Origin: an uncultured virus (IMG/VR IMGVR_UViG_3300021599_002397)
Taxonomy: Duplodnaviria > Heunggongvirae > Uroviricota > Caudoviricetes
Direction: 5' to 3' (one strand)
IMG/VR virus record: IMGVR_UViG_3300021599_002397
DNA length: 64,000 nt
Part shown: positions 1 to 10,997 of the stretch, in pieces
How positions within the stretch are numbered: the stretch's first letter is position 1
How the letters are laid out: every line of letters begins with the position of its first letter
Notes under the pieces: model-generated
What the model was told of the DNA's origin: nothing
The model's database searches: none
What the model saw: only the letters and a program-made list of their open reading frames with translations
Program-made: the position numbers and the translations under genes

Positions 1-1541
1 CCCGCTGCATTTAAAAAAACCATATAATAAGTAAGTGATGTACCTAAATCCAATATTTCTGGTGAAGTTCCTTCTCTATAATTATATACTGTGAATTTAT
101 AAAAATTATCGAAAGGGTCCAGAACAACCTTTGCCTTTCCTTGACCAAATATCTGGGTTGAATCAGCTACTGAAGTTTCAGAAATTAGATTACCATTCTT
201 ATCAATCACTAAAGTTTCTTTCGTTATAGAGATATTATTGTCTTTATAAAAAACAGGTATTCTTTTCTCGATAGGAGCTGCAGGATTAGGCATTACCCCT
301 CCAGAAATTACATTAGGAGCTTGTACCACCTTATTATATACCTTCTGAGAATAAGCCCCAGTTGTTAAAGATATTATATTGTTCTCCCTTCCGTATTTAT
401 TTACATCTAAAGAGCTAAAAGAAGATCTTCTTATTATTTGATTTTGGTTACCTTTATTAACTAATCTCATAGTGTAGTTAACAACAAATGAAGTTGTTAA
501 AGGATTTATTAATATAGGTCTAAATATATTAGGTGCATTAAAATCCTGTGTTTGTGTATTTGAAAAATTATAAGTTGTAATATAGTTTAATCCTACTTGC
601 TCTTTTACTTCTATTTCGTTTATTACATAGTAAACATTACCAACCTTACCCTCTGCATTTAGAAAGTCTTCTAAAAAATTACCTTCCCATGTAGGATAAA
701 ATTCTAGGTAATTGTAAAATGAATTTTCCTGGATAACTGCAGCCAATGATGAAAAATTATCCTTAGGAAATATAGAAACCTGATTTCTTATTTGAGCTAT
801 ATAATTTTCATACCCATTCTTAAGAGCAGTATCACTTATTTCATAAAGTGTAAAATTGATAGGAGCATCTCTAAGAAATCCATTACCATCTGATGATATT
901 TTAGCAGCTAAAGTACTGGCTTGAGCAGGAGTGTTAGCTAATATATCAAATTCATAAACCATATTAGAATAGGCAGGAATCTTTATTTCAATATAGTGAT
1001 CATAAAGTGCTCCACCTAAATAAATAGGATTCGGATTAAGAACTGTGGATGTTGTATCGCCTCTAGTTATAATTCTTTGGAATATTGTGGCTTTTTTACC
1101 AGTCCTTTCCTGGAATTGCCCTTGTAATATTATACCATCTATATTATCGAAATTATATCCTGATACTATATGAAATTTTACAGAGTCATAATAGACTCCA
1201 ATATTAGAAGGAAATACTACAGGTAAATTATTGACTGATGTGAGATTAGGATCAGTATCTAGATAAGGTACTAAATAATCATTATCTAATGTTACAAATC
1301 TATTCTTATCAGTCTGAACGACGCTAAGATCTCTAACGTTACCCGTTATTGATTCGGATGCTGGTTTATTAAGTATCTGAACTGCATCATTAAAATAACC
1401 ATTAACTATTTTTTCATATCCAACCGCAGGTACCCCGGTATTTACATAATAAATTTCTGGTGTAGGAGCAGTAGTGTAATTATACTCCATCAATAAATAG
1501 CTACCGAGCTTTATGAATCTTTGTGTGGATGTGTAAGCCAT
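1..1541 (-). CDS. Putative virion structural protein, 3'-truncated by window edge (not in ORF track)
   Basis: ATG at 1541 (MAYTSTQRFIKLGSYLLMEYNYTT...); the same frame reads ...DLGTSLTYYMVFLNAA at the window edge (both ends checked, middle not fully translated); preceded by GATATATA; co-oriented with structural genes. Confidence 0.75.
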   Translation of the reverse strand, partial: MAYTSTQRFIKLGSYLLMEYNYTTAPTPEIYYVNTGVPAVGYEKIVNGYFNDAVQILNKPASESITGNVRDLSVVQTDKNRFVTLDNDYLVPYLDTDPNLTSVNNLPVVFPSNIGVYYDSVKFHIVSGYNFDNIDGIILQGQFQERTGKKATIFQRIITRGDTTSTVLNPNPIYLGGALYDHYIEIKIPAYSNMVYEFDILANTPAQASTLAAKISSDGNGFLRDAPINFTLYEISDTALKNGYENYIAQIRNQVSIFPKDNFSSLAAVIQENSFYNYLEFYPTWEGNFLEDFLNAEGKVGNVYYVINEIEVKEQVGLNYITTYNFSNTQTQDFNAPNIFRPILINPLTTSFVVNYTMRLVNKGNQNQIIRRSSFSSLDVNKYGRENNIISLTTGAYSQKVYNKVVQAPNVISGGVMPNPAAPIEKRIPVFYKDNNISITKETLVIDKNGNLISETSVADSTQIFGQGKAKVVLDPFDNFYKFTVYNYREGTSPEILDLGTSLTYYMVFLNAA

Positions 1542-1555
1542 GATTTATATATCAA

Positions 1556-2353
1556 TTAAAATTTAATGATAGAATATTGAATACCCACACCAATATTAAA
1601 GAAAGCTCCAGTAACTGGCTGTCCATTTAATCCGTATCCTGATCCTATACCTACTCCAACATATGGGCCAACTGAAAACTTCTTATTAGGAAACATTTTC
1701 TTAAGAACATCTGATTTAGCAGGATCTATTACCGCTCCTTCTATATCTGTAATTTTCATTCCTGGATATCTAGGAGTTACAAATATCTCTAAAGCTTTAT
1801 CCTTTTCTCTAAGACCCGTAACAAAAGAGAATCCCATTTCGTCCTGATCTATTCTAGTATTTCCTGGAAGTACTTTATTGTTTATCGTGTCTATAATAAA
1901 GAAGCTTTTGCCTGAAAATTTTCTATAATTATTTACAGAGAATGTAGAATCATATTTCCAATCTAAACTAAATTTATTGTTTCCATAAGAAGTTAAATAA
2001 TTATTCACATAATGTGTATCAACCTTAGTCTCTGTTACAACCTTCTCTATTACAATAACTTTACCTTTCTGCTTATCTAATTCCTCTTTTAAATCCTTAT
2101 TCAATTTTTCCAAAGAATTCTTATCCGCTAATAGTGTTTTTTTAACATAGGTTGCTTCTCCTGCTTTATTTTTTTGTACACGTACGGAGTCATTTAGCGC
2201 AGCTAAATTAGCATTCTGTATATCTAACTTAGATTTAAGATCTGAATTGCTGTCACATTGCCTAAATAGAAGTAATAACAATATAGCTATCCCTCCTAAA
2301 AGAACTAGGTCCTTTCTTTTAATAATTTTAGTAATTAAAGATTCTTCTTTCAT
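1556..2353 (-). CDS. Membrane-anchored coiled-coil protein with C-terminal beta-hairpin; spanin-like candidate
   Basis: N-terminal hydrophobic helix ending FRQC (possible lipobox), coiled coil, C-terminal amphipathic strands FSVGPYVGVGIG...FNIGVGIQYSIIKF. Confidence 0.5.
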   Translation of the reverse strand: MKEESLITKIIKRKDLVLLGGIAILLLLLFRQCDSNSDLKSKLDIQNANLAALNDSVRVQKNKAGEATYVKKTLLADKNSLEKLNKDLKEELDKQKGKVIVIEKVVTETKVDTHYVNNYLTSYGNNKFSLDWKYDSTFSVNNYRKFSGKSFFIIDTINNKVLPGNTRIDQDEMGFSFVTGLREKDKALEIFVTPRYPGMKITDIEGAVIDPAKSDVLKKMFPNKKFSVGPYVGVGIGSGYGLNGQPVTGAFFNIGVGIQYSIIKF

Positions 2354-2534
2354 CTTCTCTTGTTTTATTTAGTAGATCTATCGTCTCAATTGTTTTTCTT
2401 TTTAGGTCTTCCAATTTTTGATCATTTTCTAATAGATCCTTTTTATTTTTTAAGTGATCCTCTATCTCTCTTTCTAACTTATTCAGATCATCATGTATAT
2501 CCGAATATTTCTGTATGAACCAATCTTTATACAT
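2328..2534 (-). CDS. Small coiled-coil hypothetical protein
   Basis: 68 aa, heptad-like charged sequence, fills the gap between co-oriented genes. Confidence 0.65.
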   Translation of the reverse strand: MYKDWFIQKYSDIHDDLNKLEREIEDHLKNKKDLLENDQKLEDLKRKTIETIDLLNKTREDERRIFNY

Positions 2535-2542
2535 AATGATAT

Positions 2543-5323
2543 TTATACTAAAACAAACTGGTATGTAAAATAATACTGGTGAGCAACTCCTACTGGTATA
2601 GCATTTCCGTCATTGTATATTCTAGAATTAGATCCTGCTTGTATTACACCATATGCTCTCCTGTTTCCATCATCACCATATGCTACACCTATTAGATTAG
2701 ATATAGAATATCCTCCTGCTGGTTGTACAGGTATATAGAACTGATCACTAGCTGATGAATTCCATACCCCAGATACATGTACTACAGCTCCAACTTTAAT
2801 CCAAGTACCACTCACTGGACCGTTTGAATTATAACTGAATTGTCCAGATGCAACTACATCATTGGTGGGACTTGTATAAATTACGCCACCTGGTGGATCA
2901 GTAGTAGTATCCCTATGTAAACTTTTTGTTGGGTTATCTATTCTTCCAGAGCTAAATGTTATATCAGGAGTTGTTGTACTAGTTCCGTATTGATTAACAT
3001 CGCCATAAGCATCAATTGCACTACCAGCCATTGCATTTTGTATAGATAGTGCTGCATTATCATCTATTGTTTTACCTATAGCTACGTTATTTCCTGTATC
3101 ACTAACAAAAAACCCATCGCCATTTGTAATTAATGGTAAGGTAAGAAGACCATTAGATATAGAATCAGTAGCACCTACAGCTATAGCAACAGATTTATTT
3201 TTTACTGAAGCCGTAACATAAGGAGATTTAATAGATGTTATCTCTAATCCATTTGGATAATTACCTGGATAATCTCCAGTTGCAAATATTGATGGGGGAG
3301 ATCCTTTAATTCCAGGCGTGCTTCGTGTTGCTGTATATAAATTTCTATTAATCTTCAGTAAGCTATTTCCTCCAATAGATTGTGAAAGATTCTGCCCCCC
3401 TACATTAAACATAGATAAGGCATTAGTTCCTCCTATTGTTTGTGATCCAGTTACTAGTAAACTATGATTAGAAAGATTTCTTACCGAAGATGCACCAGTT
3501 ACTGAGGAATGAGCACCAAAAGCAAAAGTAGATCCTGTAAGTGCTCCGGTGGTAGGCTGATAGCTAGATGCACTAACTCCGACAGAAATTCCTCCTGTAG
3601 GTGATGATCCGGATGGACCCCATGCAGTTATATAAGCATTATCTTTAGCACCTATATTTACTTTATTAGTACCTCCAGTACCATTAGACATTATCTCTAA
3701 TAATTTATTAGAGTTTCTAGTTTGTATTACGCTTCTTCCTGCTGCTCCTGTTGTTGTATACTCTGATGTTGCACCGGTAAAATAAGTTGATATAGCAAAT
3801 ACTGTTTGCTCTGCTCCTGTTACTCCTGAAGTAAATATTCTATGCTGGTTGCTTATAGCTGAAGAAGTAGGTAAAAAAGCTCCGGTTCCTGTAGAAAGCT
3901 GAACCGATTGACTTATATCAGAAAATAATCCCGAAGATCTAGAAGGAATAGTTCCACCTTCGAATGACCAGTTAAATAGACCATCACCTATTGTTGTTTT
4001 ACTGAATCCTTTCCCTAAAGGTGCACCAGTAACAGCTCTAGTTTTAATTTGCAATGCTGGTCCATATTCAGAAGAAGTTACCCACAATGTAGGAAAAGCA
4101 TTAACACTTTCATTTGATCCAGTGGATTGAAATCCATATAGATCTCCAGTAGGATTAGGATATCCAAATCCTCCTTGTCCTTCAACAAATAAAGCTCCTT
4201 TATTATAATTAGATGCTGTCGCATTTCCTATAAACATATCAGTTGAATGTGACGATAGTGTTTTTCCGACACTTATATTACCACTAACTGCAAGTCTTCT
4301 GGAATCGTTTCCTGTTTGTTTAAATTGTCCAGTTCCTAATCCTAATCCTAATCCAGTAGAATTTGCAAAAAGAGGAGCAAATGCTTGGTTACCAGGAGTT
4401 GATGTATTATTAGACAATTCTAAAAATCCGCCGTTACTGCTGGCATCTATAAAAGTACCTTTATTTATAGATGATGTTTTAAGAACAATATTATCCGAAG
4501 TTGACTGTGCTGTAATTTCACTAGTGCTTAGCATATTAATTCCGGATTCTGCTGCAGCACCATTAGAAATAATACCTATAGATCCCTTAGGATTTGTAAA
4601 ATTAATACCATAGAATCCAACTCCTACTCCAGTACTACCTGAAGGGTTAACCGATAAATCCCAAGAAAAATATGGATTGTAGTTGCTACTTAATCCTCCG
4701 GATCCACCAGGGGTAATATCATAAGTTGATCTACCAAAACTTATAAGTTTTGTTCTATCATCCTTAGTTGCAATTTTTAATTTGGAATTTTCAAAGTTTA
4801 AATTATCTATTGCAGTTCCTCCTGGAGTATATCCGCTTATGCTAGAATCTGAAAGAACAAGAGTTTTATCTGATGCAGTAGTACCAGCAAATAATATTGC
4901 TTGTCCTGTAGCACTACCTATAACATTAATAGGAGTGACCTTCTGAAATAATTCACCAGCGGCTAATCCATATCCTGTATTAACCCATCCAGTAGCAGTA
5001 AATACATAAACATCCTGATTTGCAGAATCTGGATCAAGCCAATAGTCTCCCAAAGTTGGATATGTCCATGGGTTAGATCCTGTTATTCCTCCTGATGCAG
5101 GCTGAGCATCTTGAACAAACCATTTAGTACCAGAAGGTCCCTGAGCTCCTTGAACTCCTTGAGGTCCTTGAGGTCCTATCGGTCCAGTTGGTCCTATTAA
5201 TCCTTGAGATCCTTGAGGACCTCCTCCTGCACTAAGGATCTGATCAAAATTATAATTGAGTTTATCAACTATAGTGGATTGATTATCTCCCTGTAAAATA
5301 TTTAATATGTTAATCTGTGGCAT
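2543..5323 (-). CDS. Tail fibre-like protein with collagen-like segment
   Basis: 11 Gly-X-Y triplets (aa 35-67), Gly/Ser/Thr-rich body, N-terminal D...KLNYNF fibre-type motif, C-terminal GTWIKVGAVVHVSG motif resembling fibre-tip domains. Confidence 0.7.
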   Translation of the reverse strand: MPQINILNILQGDNQSTIVDKLNYNFDQILSAGGGPQGSQGLIGPTGPIGPQGPQGVQGAQGPSGTKWFVQDAQPASGGITGSNPWTYPTLGDYWLDPDSANQDVYVFTATGWVNTGYGLAAGELFQKVTPINVIGSATGQAILFAGTTASDKTLVLSDSSISGYTPGGTAIDNLNFENSKLKIATKDDRTKLISFGRSTYDITPGGSGGLSSNYNPYFSWDLSVNPSGSTGVGVGFYGINFTNPKGSIGIISNGAAAESGINMLSTSEITAQSTSDNIVLKTSSINKGTFIDASSNGGFLELSNNTSTPGNQAFAPLFANSTGLGLGLGTGQFKQTGNDSRRLAVSGNISVGKTLSSHSTDMFIGNATASNYNKGALFVEGQGGFGYPNPTGDLYGFQSTGSNESVNAFPTLWVTSSEYGPALQIKTRAVTGAPLGKGFSKTTIGDGLFNWSFEGGTIPSRSSGLFSDISQSVQLSTGTGAFLPTSSAISNQHRIFTSGVTGAEQTVFAISTYFTGATSEYTTTGAAGRSVIQTRNSNKLLEIMSNGTGGTNKVNIGAKDNAYITAWGPSGSSPTGGISVGVSASSYQPTTGALTGSTFAFGAHSSVTGASSVRNLSNHSLLVTGSQTIGGTNALSMFNVGGQNLSQSIGGNSLLKINRNLYTATRSTPGIKGSPPSIFATGDYPGNYPNGLEITSIKSPYVTASVKNKSVAIAVGATDSISNGLLTLPLITNGDGFFVSDTGNNVAIGKTIDDNAALSIQNAMAGSAIDAYGDVNQYGTSTTTPDITFSSGRIDNPTKSLHRDTTTDPPGGVIYTSPTNDVVASGQFSYNSNGPVSGTWIKVGAVVHVSGVWNSSASDQFYIPVQPAGGYSISNLIGVAYGDDGNRRAYGVIQAGSNSRIYNDGNAIPVGVAHQYYFTYQFVLV
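5123..5221 (-). repeat. Collagen-like (Gly-X-Y)11 coding repeat
   Basis: GPQGSQGLIGPTGPIGPQGPQGVQGAQGPSGTK. Confidence 0.9.
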
Positions 5324-5366
5324 CTCTTATTATAGTTGTATTATATATCAAAAATTCATCCCTCTA

Positions 5367-8300
5367 TTAAATTTTTCCTATCTCTATAGAGAAACATACG
5401 GAATAATTAAAAGAAGGGTCCTTCGGAACTCTAAACTCATATCTTAATTCATTAATTTTAGTATATCTAATCTCAGAAGATCTGAAGTATCCATTTATAA
5501 GCTTCTGATAGTCTGCAAGGTCTCCTATGACAGGAGTAAGAGTCTGTGAAGCAGAAATTGGAATCTTTTTCAGATATCCTCCATTATTTTTAGACTGGAA
5601 TATAGGAATAATATTTTGATTCATATATTCTTTAAAGTCATCATCTAGGTCTGTAGAAGTTCCAAATCCAAATTCAGGTAATATAAATTGATCAAAAGTT
5701 CTTTTACCTCCATTCTCTAAGAAATATCTAGTTAGCATTCTATCTACTAATAAAACCCCTCTTAGTTCTGTAGGTGTGTTTTCCCACAATATTTCATAAT
5801 TGGGATAGTTATTATAATTAACATCAAGAACTCCTTCTATAGATTGACCATATATTAGTTGCTTTTGTGAATTTACCGAATCAGGGGTCTGCATAAATTT
5901 ACTACCGAAAAATGCTTTCTGTTCTTTCATCACCTTAGTACCAGGAAGGCTGTTATATCCAGTAGGACCTGTATATTCTCTATAAAATCCAGCATCCCAA
6001 GAGCTTTCAAAAATTGATAGGTTTCTTTTATCAACAGGGGTTTCACCTATTAATGTGTATACAGGATTATATGGAGAATTCTGACCTATTCTAAAAATCC
6101 ATTGAGGTGAATATTTATAATAGTTTACGTTTTTAGATACTCCAAAATTATCCCTATATGGACCAAAAGAACAATATGAATATTCTATAGGATCTATCAC
6201 ATTGATATCTCCACCCATGTATTTTCCTCCCTCGCAAACGTAAAATACAGAACTAGAAAAATCGTAAGGAACTTCCATAACTATATAGGATCCGATATTC
6301 CCTGGAGTTCCAACTAAAGTATATCCCTGATTTATAGAATCGCCTGTTATATTATTACCTATATTAGACTCAGAAAAATATAATTGATATCCAGAATTAC
6401 TAGAATCGCTAAGATCAAAATAATAAGTTACTCCTTTAACGAGATTTATTTCACCTTGTGAAATTCCGTTGATTTCTATACACGATGTTGATCCTAGGTC
6501 ATATGTAGAATTATCTTCCGATTTATCTACTATTTTAACATAGAATATTAAAGATTCGGGCATAGTCCAAAAAGGAGCATCATATTTTACGTTTTCAAAT
6601 TTTAATATCTCTCTAAAGCTAGGAACGTATTCTCCGCTATATCTATACATTTCAGTATCTCCGTCTAGCTCATCTATATTATATCCAACGTTAAATACTG
6701 TAAGCTCTTGTGGCTTGTCTGTTATCTCCACCGGGAATAATATATTGTCCTGCTCTATAACGGAAGGCTTTAAGAACTCTAAAACAAACTGGTTATTTAA
6801 TACCTTATTAGTTTTATTTACAGAGTCCCATTCATAAGTAGTATATTCTATATAAGGATAACCAGTATTTATCCATAATGAAATATTTGCAAAAGATATT
6901 TTTTCTAGTATATTTCCCCAATATCCTATACCTCCGCTTCTTTGATAAATTGGGATATTAGATATAGTTGTGTAGTTTGCTATAGTTGGTATATTAACAG
7001 GTCCTGGTATTCCTATATCAGTAAAATCAAATTCATATCCAGGAGCTATTGCTGTAAAGTTAACAACCTCCTCTCCTACTCCAGTAGGAAAAGGTAAAAC
7101 ATACCCACTATAAGGAGCAGGTCCAGCAATCCCATAGAAAGATCCGGGACTAGTTGTATTTGGACCTAAAATAGGATTCGGCTGAGTAGAAGGCAGATAA
7201 GTAAAGTTTACTTCGTCTCTTAAATCTGTATCATATTCAGGATTAGGTATAATATAAATTTCTCCCTCATTTCCAAATGTACCTGGATTAACTGAAGAAA
7301 ATAATCCCTGAGCATTAGGATTTGATGATATATTTAAAGCGGAAGATAATTTTATATCTCCTACTATTGGAAGTTCTATTAATCCTCCAGGAAGATATGA
7401 TGATACAGGAGCAGAAAAATATTGGCTGTCTAATTTATCTCTTAAAGAATATAATAAGAAGTAATCTAGATCTAAATATTGTCTAGAAGGACTTATATCT
7501 TCAAAATCAAGAACTCTTGCGTCATCTATTAAAACTTCTATTATAAAAGTTATATTTTTAAATGTCCTATTCTCGACAACCTTTATTTTTACAGGAGGTT
7601 GTATTTCATCAATTATATTTTTTATTGGTACTATTACACAAGAGAATTTATAATTATCGTAGAACCTATCGTCTTCTATATACTTTATTGATTCACCTTG
7701 AGCATAATCAGTAAATGTTCTTTTGATTCTAACTTTTGCTCCTCTATATAGGGATTCAGAATATCCACTACTCGTATTAAAATCAAACAATGAATATCTT
7801 TCAGTAAGATCTATATCCTCTATTGTATTACTAGTTGGATAATAATTTGATAAATCCTCTCCCTCTATGGAGAAATAATCCATAAAATAATCTCTTACAG
7901 CTGGATTAGAATTTAATAATAAAGACTCATTAAGTTCACCTGATAGGTAGCTTTTATCTATATGCAAAGGATCCTCAGGTAATGAATATGGTGGTTTTTG
8001 TAAATGGTACCACTCATGTGTAAAATATTGAGGGTCTTGTGTTCTTCTAAAAAAGCTGGGAGAAAAATTAAGAGGATTAAATGCTAAATTATTATTTAGT
8101 CTATATCCGTTTCCTCTAACATCAGTTCCTCCTCTGTAAACCCATTTAGTAATATATGGGCTAACTCTACTATTTATAGCATAGTCAGGATTATAGTTAT
8201 CTTGTGTATAATCGTATTCAGATTCTAGCTTACCAAAATTTAATTGTTTATATTTAGTATCTAGTCCTATTAGATCATTTATAAATTGTAATGATTGAAC

Positions 8301-10994
8301 TCCGTAAAATCCGGGGAAAGAATCAAGATCCGGATAGAATGAATAATCGAAGTTAGCTGTTGTTATACTTCCTGTTTCATTGCCTCTAGATGATAGGGTA
8401 GGAAAAACATTAGATTCTGCAGTCGAAGAAGAAACTAGTAATTCGTACTCTTCCTCTCCTGGAACACCTATGAAGAAATCCGGACCAGATATAGTATTTA
8501 TAGGTGATCCTGAAGTTGGATATTTTATTGTTGCTCCAGAAGAAACATAATAAGTTTTTCCTGGAACTATTTTAGTTGTTCCATCTGGTTGAGTGTCAAG
8601 ATGTTTATAGTATTCTTTTGTTGGTGTATATCCATATTGGCTATACCAAAAATCCATATCTATTTCTCTTAGCCCATAGAATGAGAATATTCCAAGAGGA
8701 ATGTTGTATGTTTCAAAAGCAGATATACTTCCAGATGATCCAAATGCTATAGATTCAGTAAAGTTTCCTATCTCTATAGTTGCATGGGTTTCAAAATCCT
8801 TTAATCCTATAATATCCCCATTTTTATCCTTAGAATACTGATCTATAAATCTATATTTCCCTATTACAACTGAAGCTGATTTATTAGAATATTCTGGTAT
8901 ATTTGAGAATGAATCAGTTGAAGTATTCTTAATAGTTTCTATGTATGTAGAACCAATATTTATTTTATTCGCGTCCTCTATTTTTACTTTTACTCTAGTT
9001 CTCGAATAATTAGATCCTCCTATAAAAGATTGATTTCTGTTTATATCACATACATCTTTTTCGTTTATAAAAACAGTACCTCTTTCAGAATCTGGCATTC
9101 TTTGTAAAGTGGTAAAATCTTTAAAAAAGTCTAGATGATATTTTTCATTCTCTTGTAATCCAGTAGCTTTAGTTCTTATAACTACCTCGTCGCCAGATTG
9201 AAATGCCTCAAAAGAATTATAGTTAAAGCTGTTAAAAATACCTGTAAGGGATTTAGCTATATCCTCATTAGTACCAAAGGGATGATAATAATAAACATTA
9301 TCCTGAGCATAAAAGCTTCCTGGACCCCACTCATCTATAGAAAATGAAAGATCCGATGCTTTTATTATATCGTATTTACCTCCAGGCAATCCATAATAAC
9401 CTAATGGGTTATAAAATACAAAAGCATTCTCTGATGAATTGTTTAATTCTTTTCCTATTCTAATAACTGAATATCCCCTACCTTTTTCTCCAGTAGTAAC
9501 CGCAGGATATTGCTTCTTTGTTCCTTCATCTTTTCCTGTAAGTATGGAAAGGTCTATTGAAGTATCCTGTATAACTATTTCGTTTTCATATCCGTTTATA
9601 CCATAGGCCGAATATATTGGTTTAGGAGACACGTTAGAATAATTAACATCTCTTTTTAATGAATGAAAATTATCCTTCTTGTCTTTTATCCAAAATAGCT
9701 TAGTGTTCTCACTTACATTTACATCGTCGGAATTAGGTATTACCCCGTTTACTTTATCATTATCAATAAATAATCTTACACCGTTATCATTATATTGGAA
9801 GTAAGGTGTTTCTTCGTAGTAGTATCCTTTATTGTTTTTTTCAGGCACTGGAGTATTTCCGGAATTTCCTTGATCTCTATATAAAGAATTACCGTCTAAT
9901 TTAAAGCTAGCTAACTCCGGTGCATTAACATAAAGGCCAAAATATCTGTTTATAGTATAATTTTCCGAATCATTATCATTAAATAAAAATTCAAGATTTA
10001 ATAGCTTGTAGCTTATTATACCATTATTTCTAAATCCATTTGTTATGAAATCCTCAAATCCTATTTGAGTCTGTGGATCCTCATAATAATCTAATAAAAA
10101 ATCCCCCTTCTTATCAAATATACCTACCGAATAATTTACTCCATTAAATGTAGTAAGCTGATTTTCCTCAAATCTTACATCTATAAGACTGTCAGTGTAT
10201 CCAGGATTAGATTTTATTTTTCTTAAATATTTTCCTATTTTAGAATTCTCTGTTAGATCAAAACTAGCTACAACTGTAGACTTTGGTAGTATCTTATCGT
10301 AGAAATGATCTGCAGTATTTTCTACATTATTTATGTTGTATGATGGATCGAGTAGTATAACATTTCCCTGCCCCTGTATAACATTGAATGTAAAAGCTGT
10401 TGCTGTAAATATATTACCGTCAGTAAATGTTTGTGATCCACTAGATACTTCATATGGAAGATAAAAAGGATCTTGTGTATTTACTGAAGGATCCTGTAGA
10501 ACCTTATAGGTTTTTCCAGGTTCCAAAGATGATACAGGAATCTGATATGAATAATCTATAGGATCATTAACCTTAAATATAACAAAATGGTCCGGTATAT
10601 CTTCGCCTAACCAAAGGGGTGCTAAATATGAAAAATCCTCATCATACCTATCAGATATTAAAGGAGATACGCCAGAGCTATAAAAAAAGTTATAGCTACT
10701 TTCTAGGTTTTTTATTTGATTTTGTACAGGATCTCCCTCGCCAACCATCCCAAAAACAAATTGCGGGGGGGTTTTTCCATCGTCAAAAAATCTATATAAA
10801 TCCTTATCGTAAGTAGTATCAGGTGATATTCTAAAAGCTTTATATGAACTATTAGCCATCTCTTCATTAGAATCTATAGAATTAAGCCATATATCACTTT
10901 TAGAGTCAACTGTTAACTTAACATTCCCGGATATTCTTGGATTTGCTCTAAGAACCCCGAAAGACGAGTTCTGTTTAATTATCTTTCTTGCCAC
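5367..10994 (-). CDS. Very large putative virion structural protein (1875 aa)
   Basis: Long ORF in the structural cluster; includes a cupredoxin-like module near the C-terminus. Confidence 0.65.
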   Translation of the reverse strand: MARKIIKQNSSFGVLRANPRISGNVKLTVDSKSDIWLNSIDSNEEMANSSYKAFRISPDTTYDKDLYRFFDDGKTPPQFVFGMVGEGDPVQNQIKNLESSYNFFYSSGVSPLISDRYDEDFSYLAPLWLGEDIPDHFVIFKVNDPIDYSYQIPVSSLEPGKTYKVLQDPSVNTQDPFYLPYEVSSGSQTFTDGNIFTATAFTFNVIQGQGNVILLDPSYNINNVENTADHFYDKILPKSTVVASFDLTENSKIGKYLRKIKSNPGYTDSLIDVRFEENQLTTFNGVNYSVGIFDKKGDFLLDYYEDPQTQIGFEDFITNGFRNNGIISYKLLNLEFLFNDNDSENYTINRYFGLYVNAPELASFKLDGNSLYRDQGNSGNTPVPEKNNKGYYYEETPYFQYNDNGVRLFIDNDKVNGVIPNSDDVNVSENTKLFWIKDKKDNFHSLKRDVNYSNVSPKPIYSAYGINGYENEIVIQDTSIDLSILTGKDEGTKKQYPAVTTGEKGRGYSVIRIGKELNNSSENAFVFYNPLGYYGLPGGKYDIIKASDLSFSIDEWGPGSFYAQDNVYYYHPFGTNEDIAKSLTGIFNSFNYNSFEAFQSGDEVVIRTKATGLQENEKYHLDFFKDFTTLQRMPDSERGTVFINEKDVCDINRNQSFIGGSNYSRTRVKVKIEDANKINIGSTYIETIKNTSTDSFSNIPEYSNKSASVVIGKYRFIDQYSKDKNGDIIGLKDFETHATIEIGNFTESIAFGSSGSISAFETYNIPLGIFSFYGLREIDMDFWYSQYGYTPTKEYYKHLDTQPDGTTKIVPGKTYYVSSGATIKYPTSGSPINTISGPDFFIGVPGEEEYELLVSSSTAESNVFPTLSSRGNETGSITTANFDYSFYPDLDSFPGFYGVQSLQFINDLIGLDTKYKQLNFGKLESEYDYTQDNYNPDYAINSRVSPYITKWVYRGGTDVRGNGYRLNNNLAFNPLNFSPSFFRRTQDPQYFTHEWYHLQKPPYSLPEDPLHIDKSYLSGELNESLLLNSNPAVRDYFMDYFSIEGEDLSNYYPTSNTIEDIDLTERYSLFDFNTSSGYSESLYRGAKVRIKRTFTDYAQGESIKYIEDDRFYDNYKFSCVIVPIKNIIDEIQPPVKIKVVENRTFKNITFIIEVLIDDARVLDFEDISPSRQYLDLDYFLLYSLRDKLDSQYFSAPVSSYLPGGLIELPIVGDIKLSSALNISSNPNAQGLFSSVNPGTFGNEGEIYIIPNPEYDTDLRDEVNFTYLPSTQPNPILGPNTTSPGSFYGIAGPAPYSGYVLPFPTGVGEEVVNFTAIAPGYEFDFTDIGIPGPVNIPTIANYTTISNIPIYQRSGGIGYWGNILEKISFANISLWINTGYPYIEYTTYEWDSVNKTNKVLNNQFVLEFLKPSVIEQDNILFPVEITDKPQELTVFNVGYNIDELDGDTEMYRYSGEYVPSFREILKFENVKYDAPFWTMPESLIFYVKIVDKSEDNSTYDLGSTSCIEINGISQGEINLVKGVTYYFDLSDSSNSGYQLYFSESNIGNNITGDSINQGYTLVGTPGNIGSYIVMEVPYDFSSSVFYVCEGGKYMGGDINVIDPIEYSYCSFGPYRDNFGVSKNVNYYKYSPQWIFRIGQNSPYNPVYTLIGETPVDKRNLSIFESSWDAGFYREYTGPTGYNSLPGTKVMKEQKAFFGSKFMQTPDSVNSQKQLIYGQSIEGVLDVNYNNYPNYEILWENTPTELRGVLLVDRMLTRYFLENGGKRTFDQFILPEFGFGTSTDLDDDFKEYMNQNIIPIFQSKNNGGYLKKIPISASQTLTPVIGDLADYQKLINGYFRSSEIRYTKINELRYEFRVPKDPSFNYSVCFSIEIGKI

Positions 10995-10997
10995 TTA

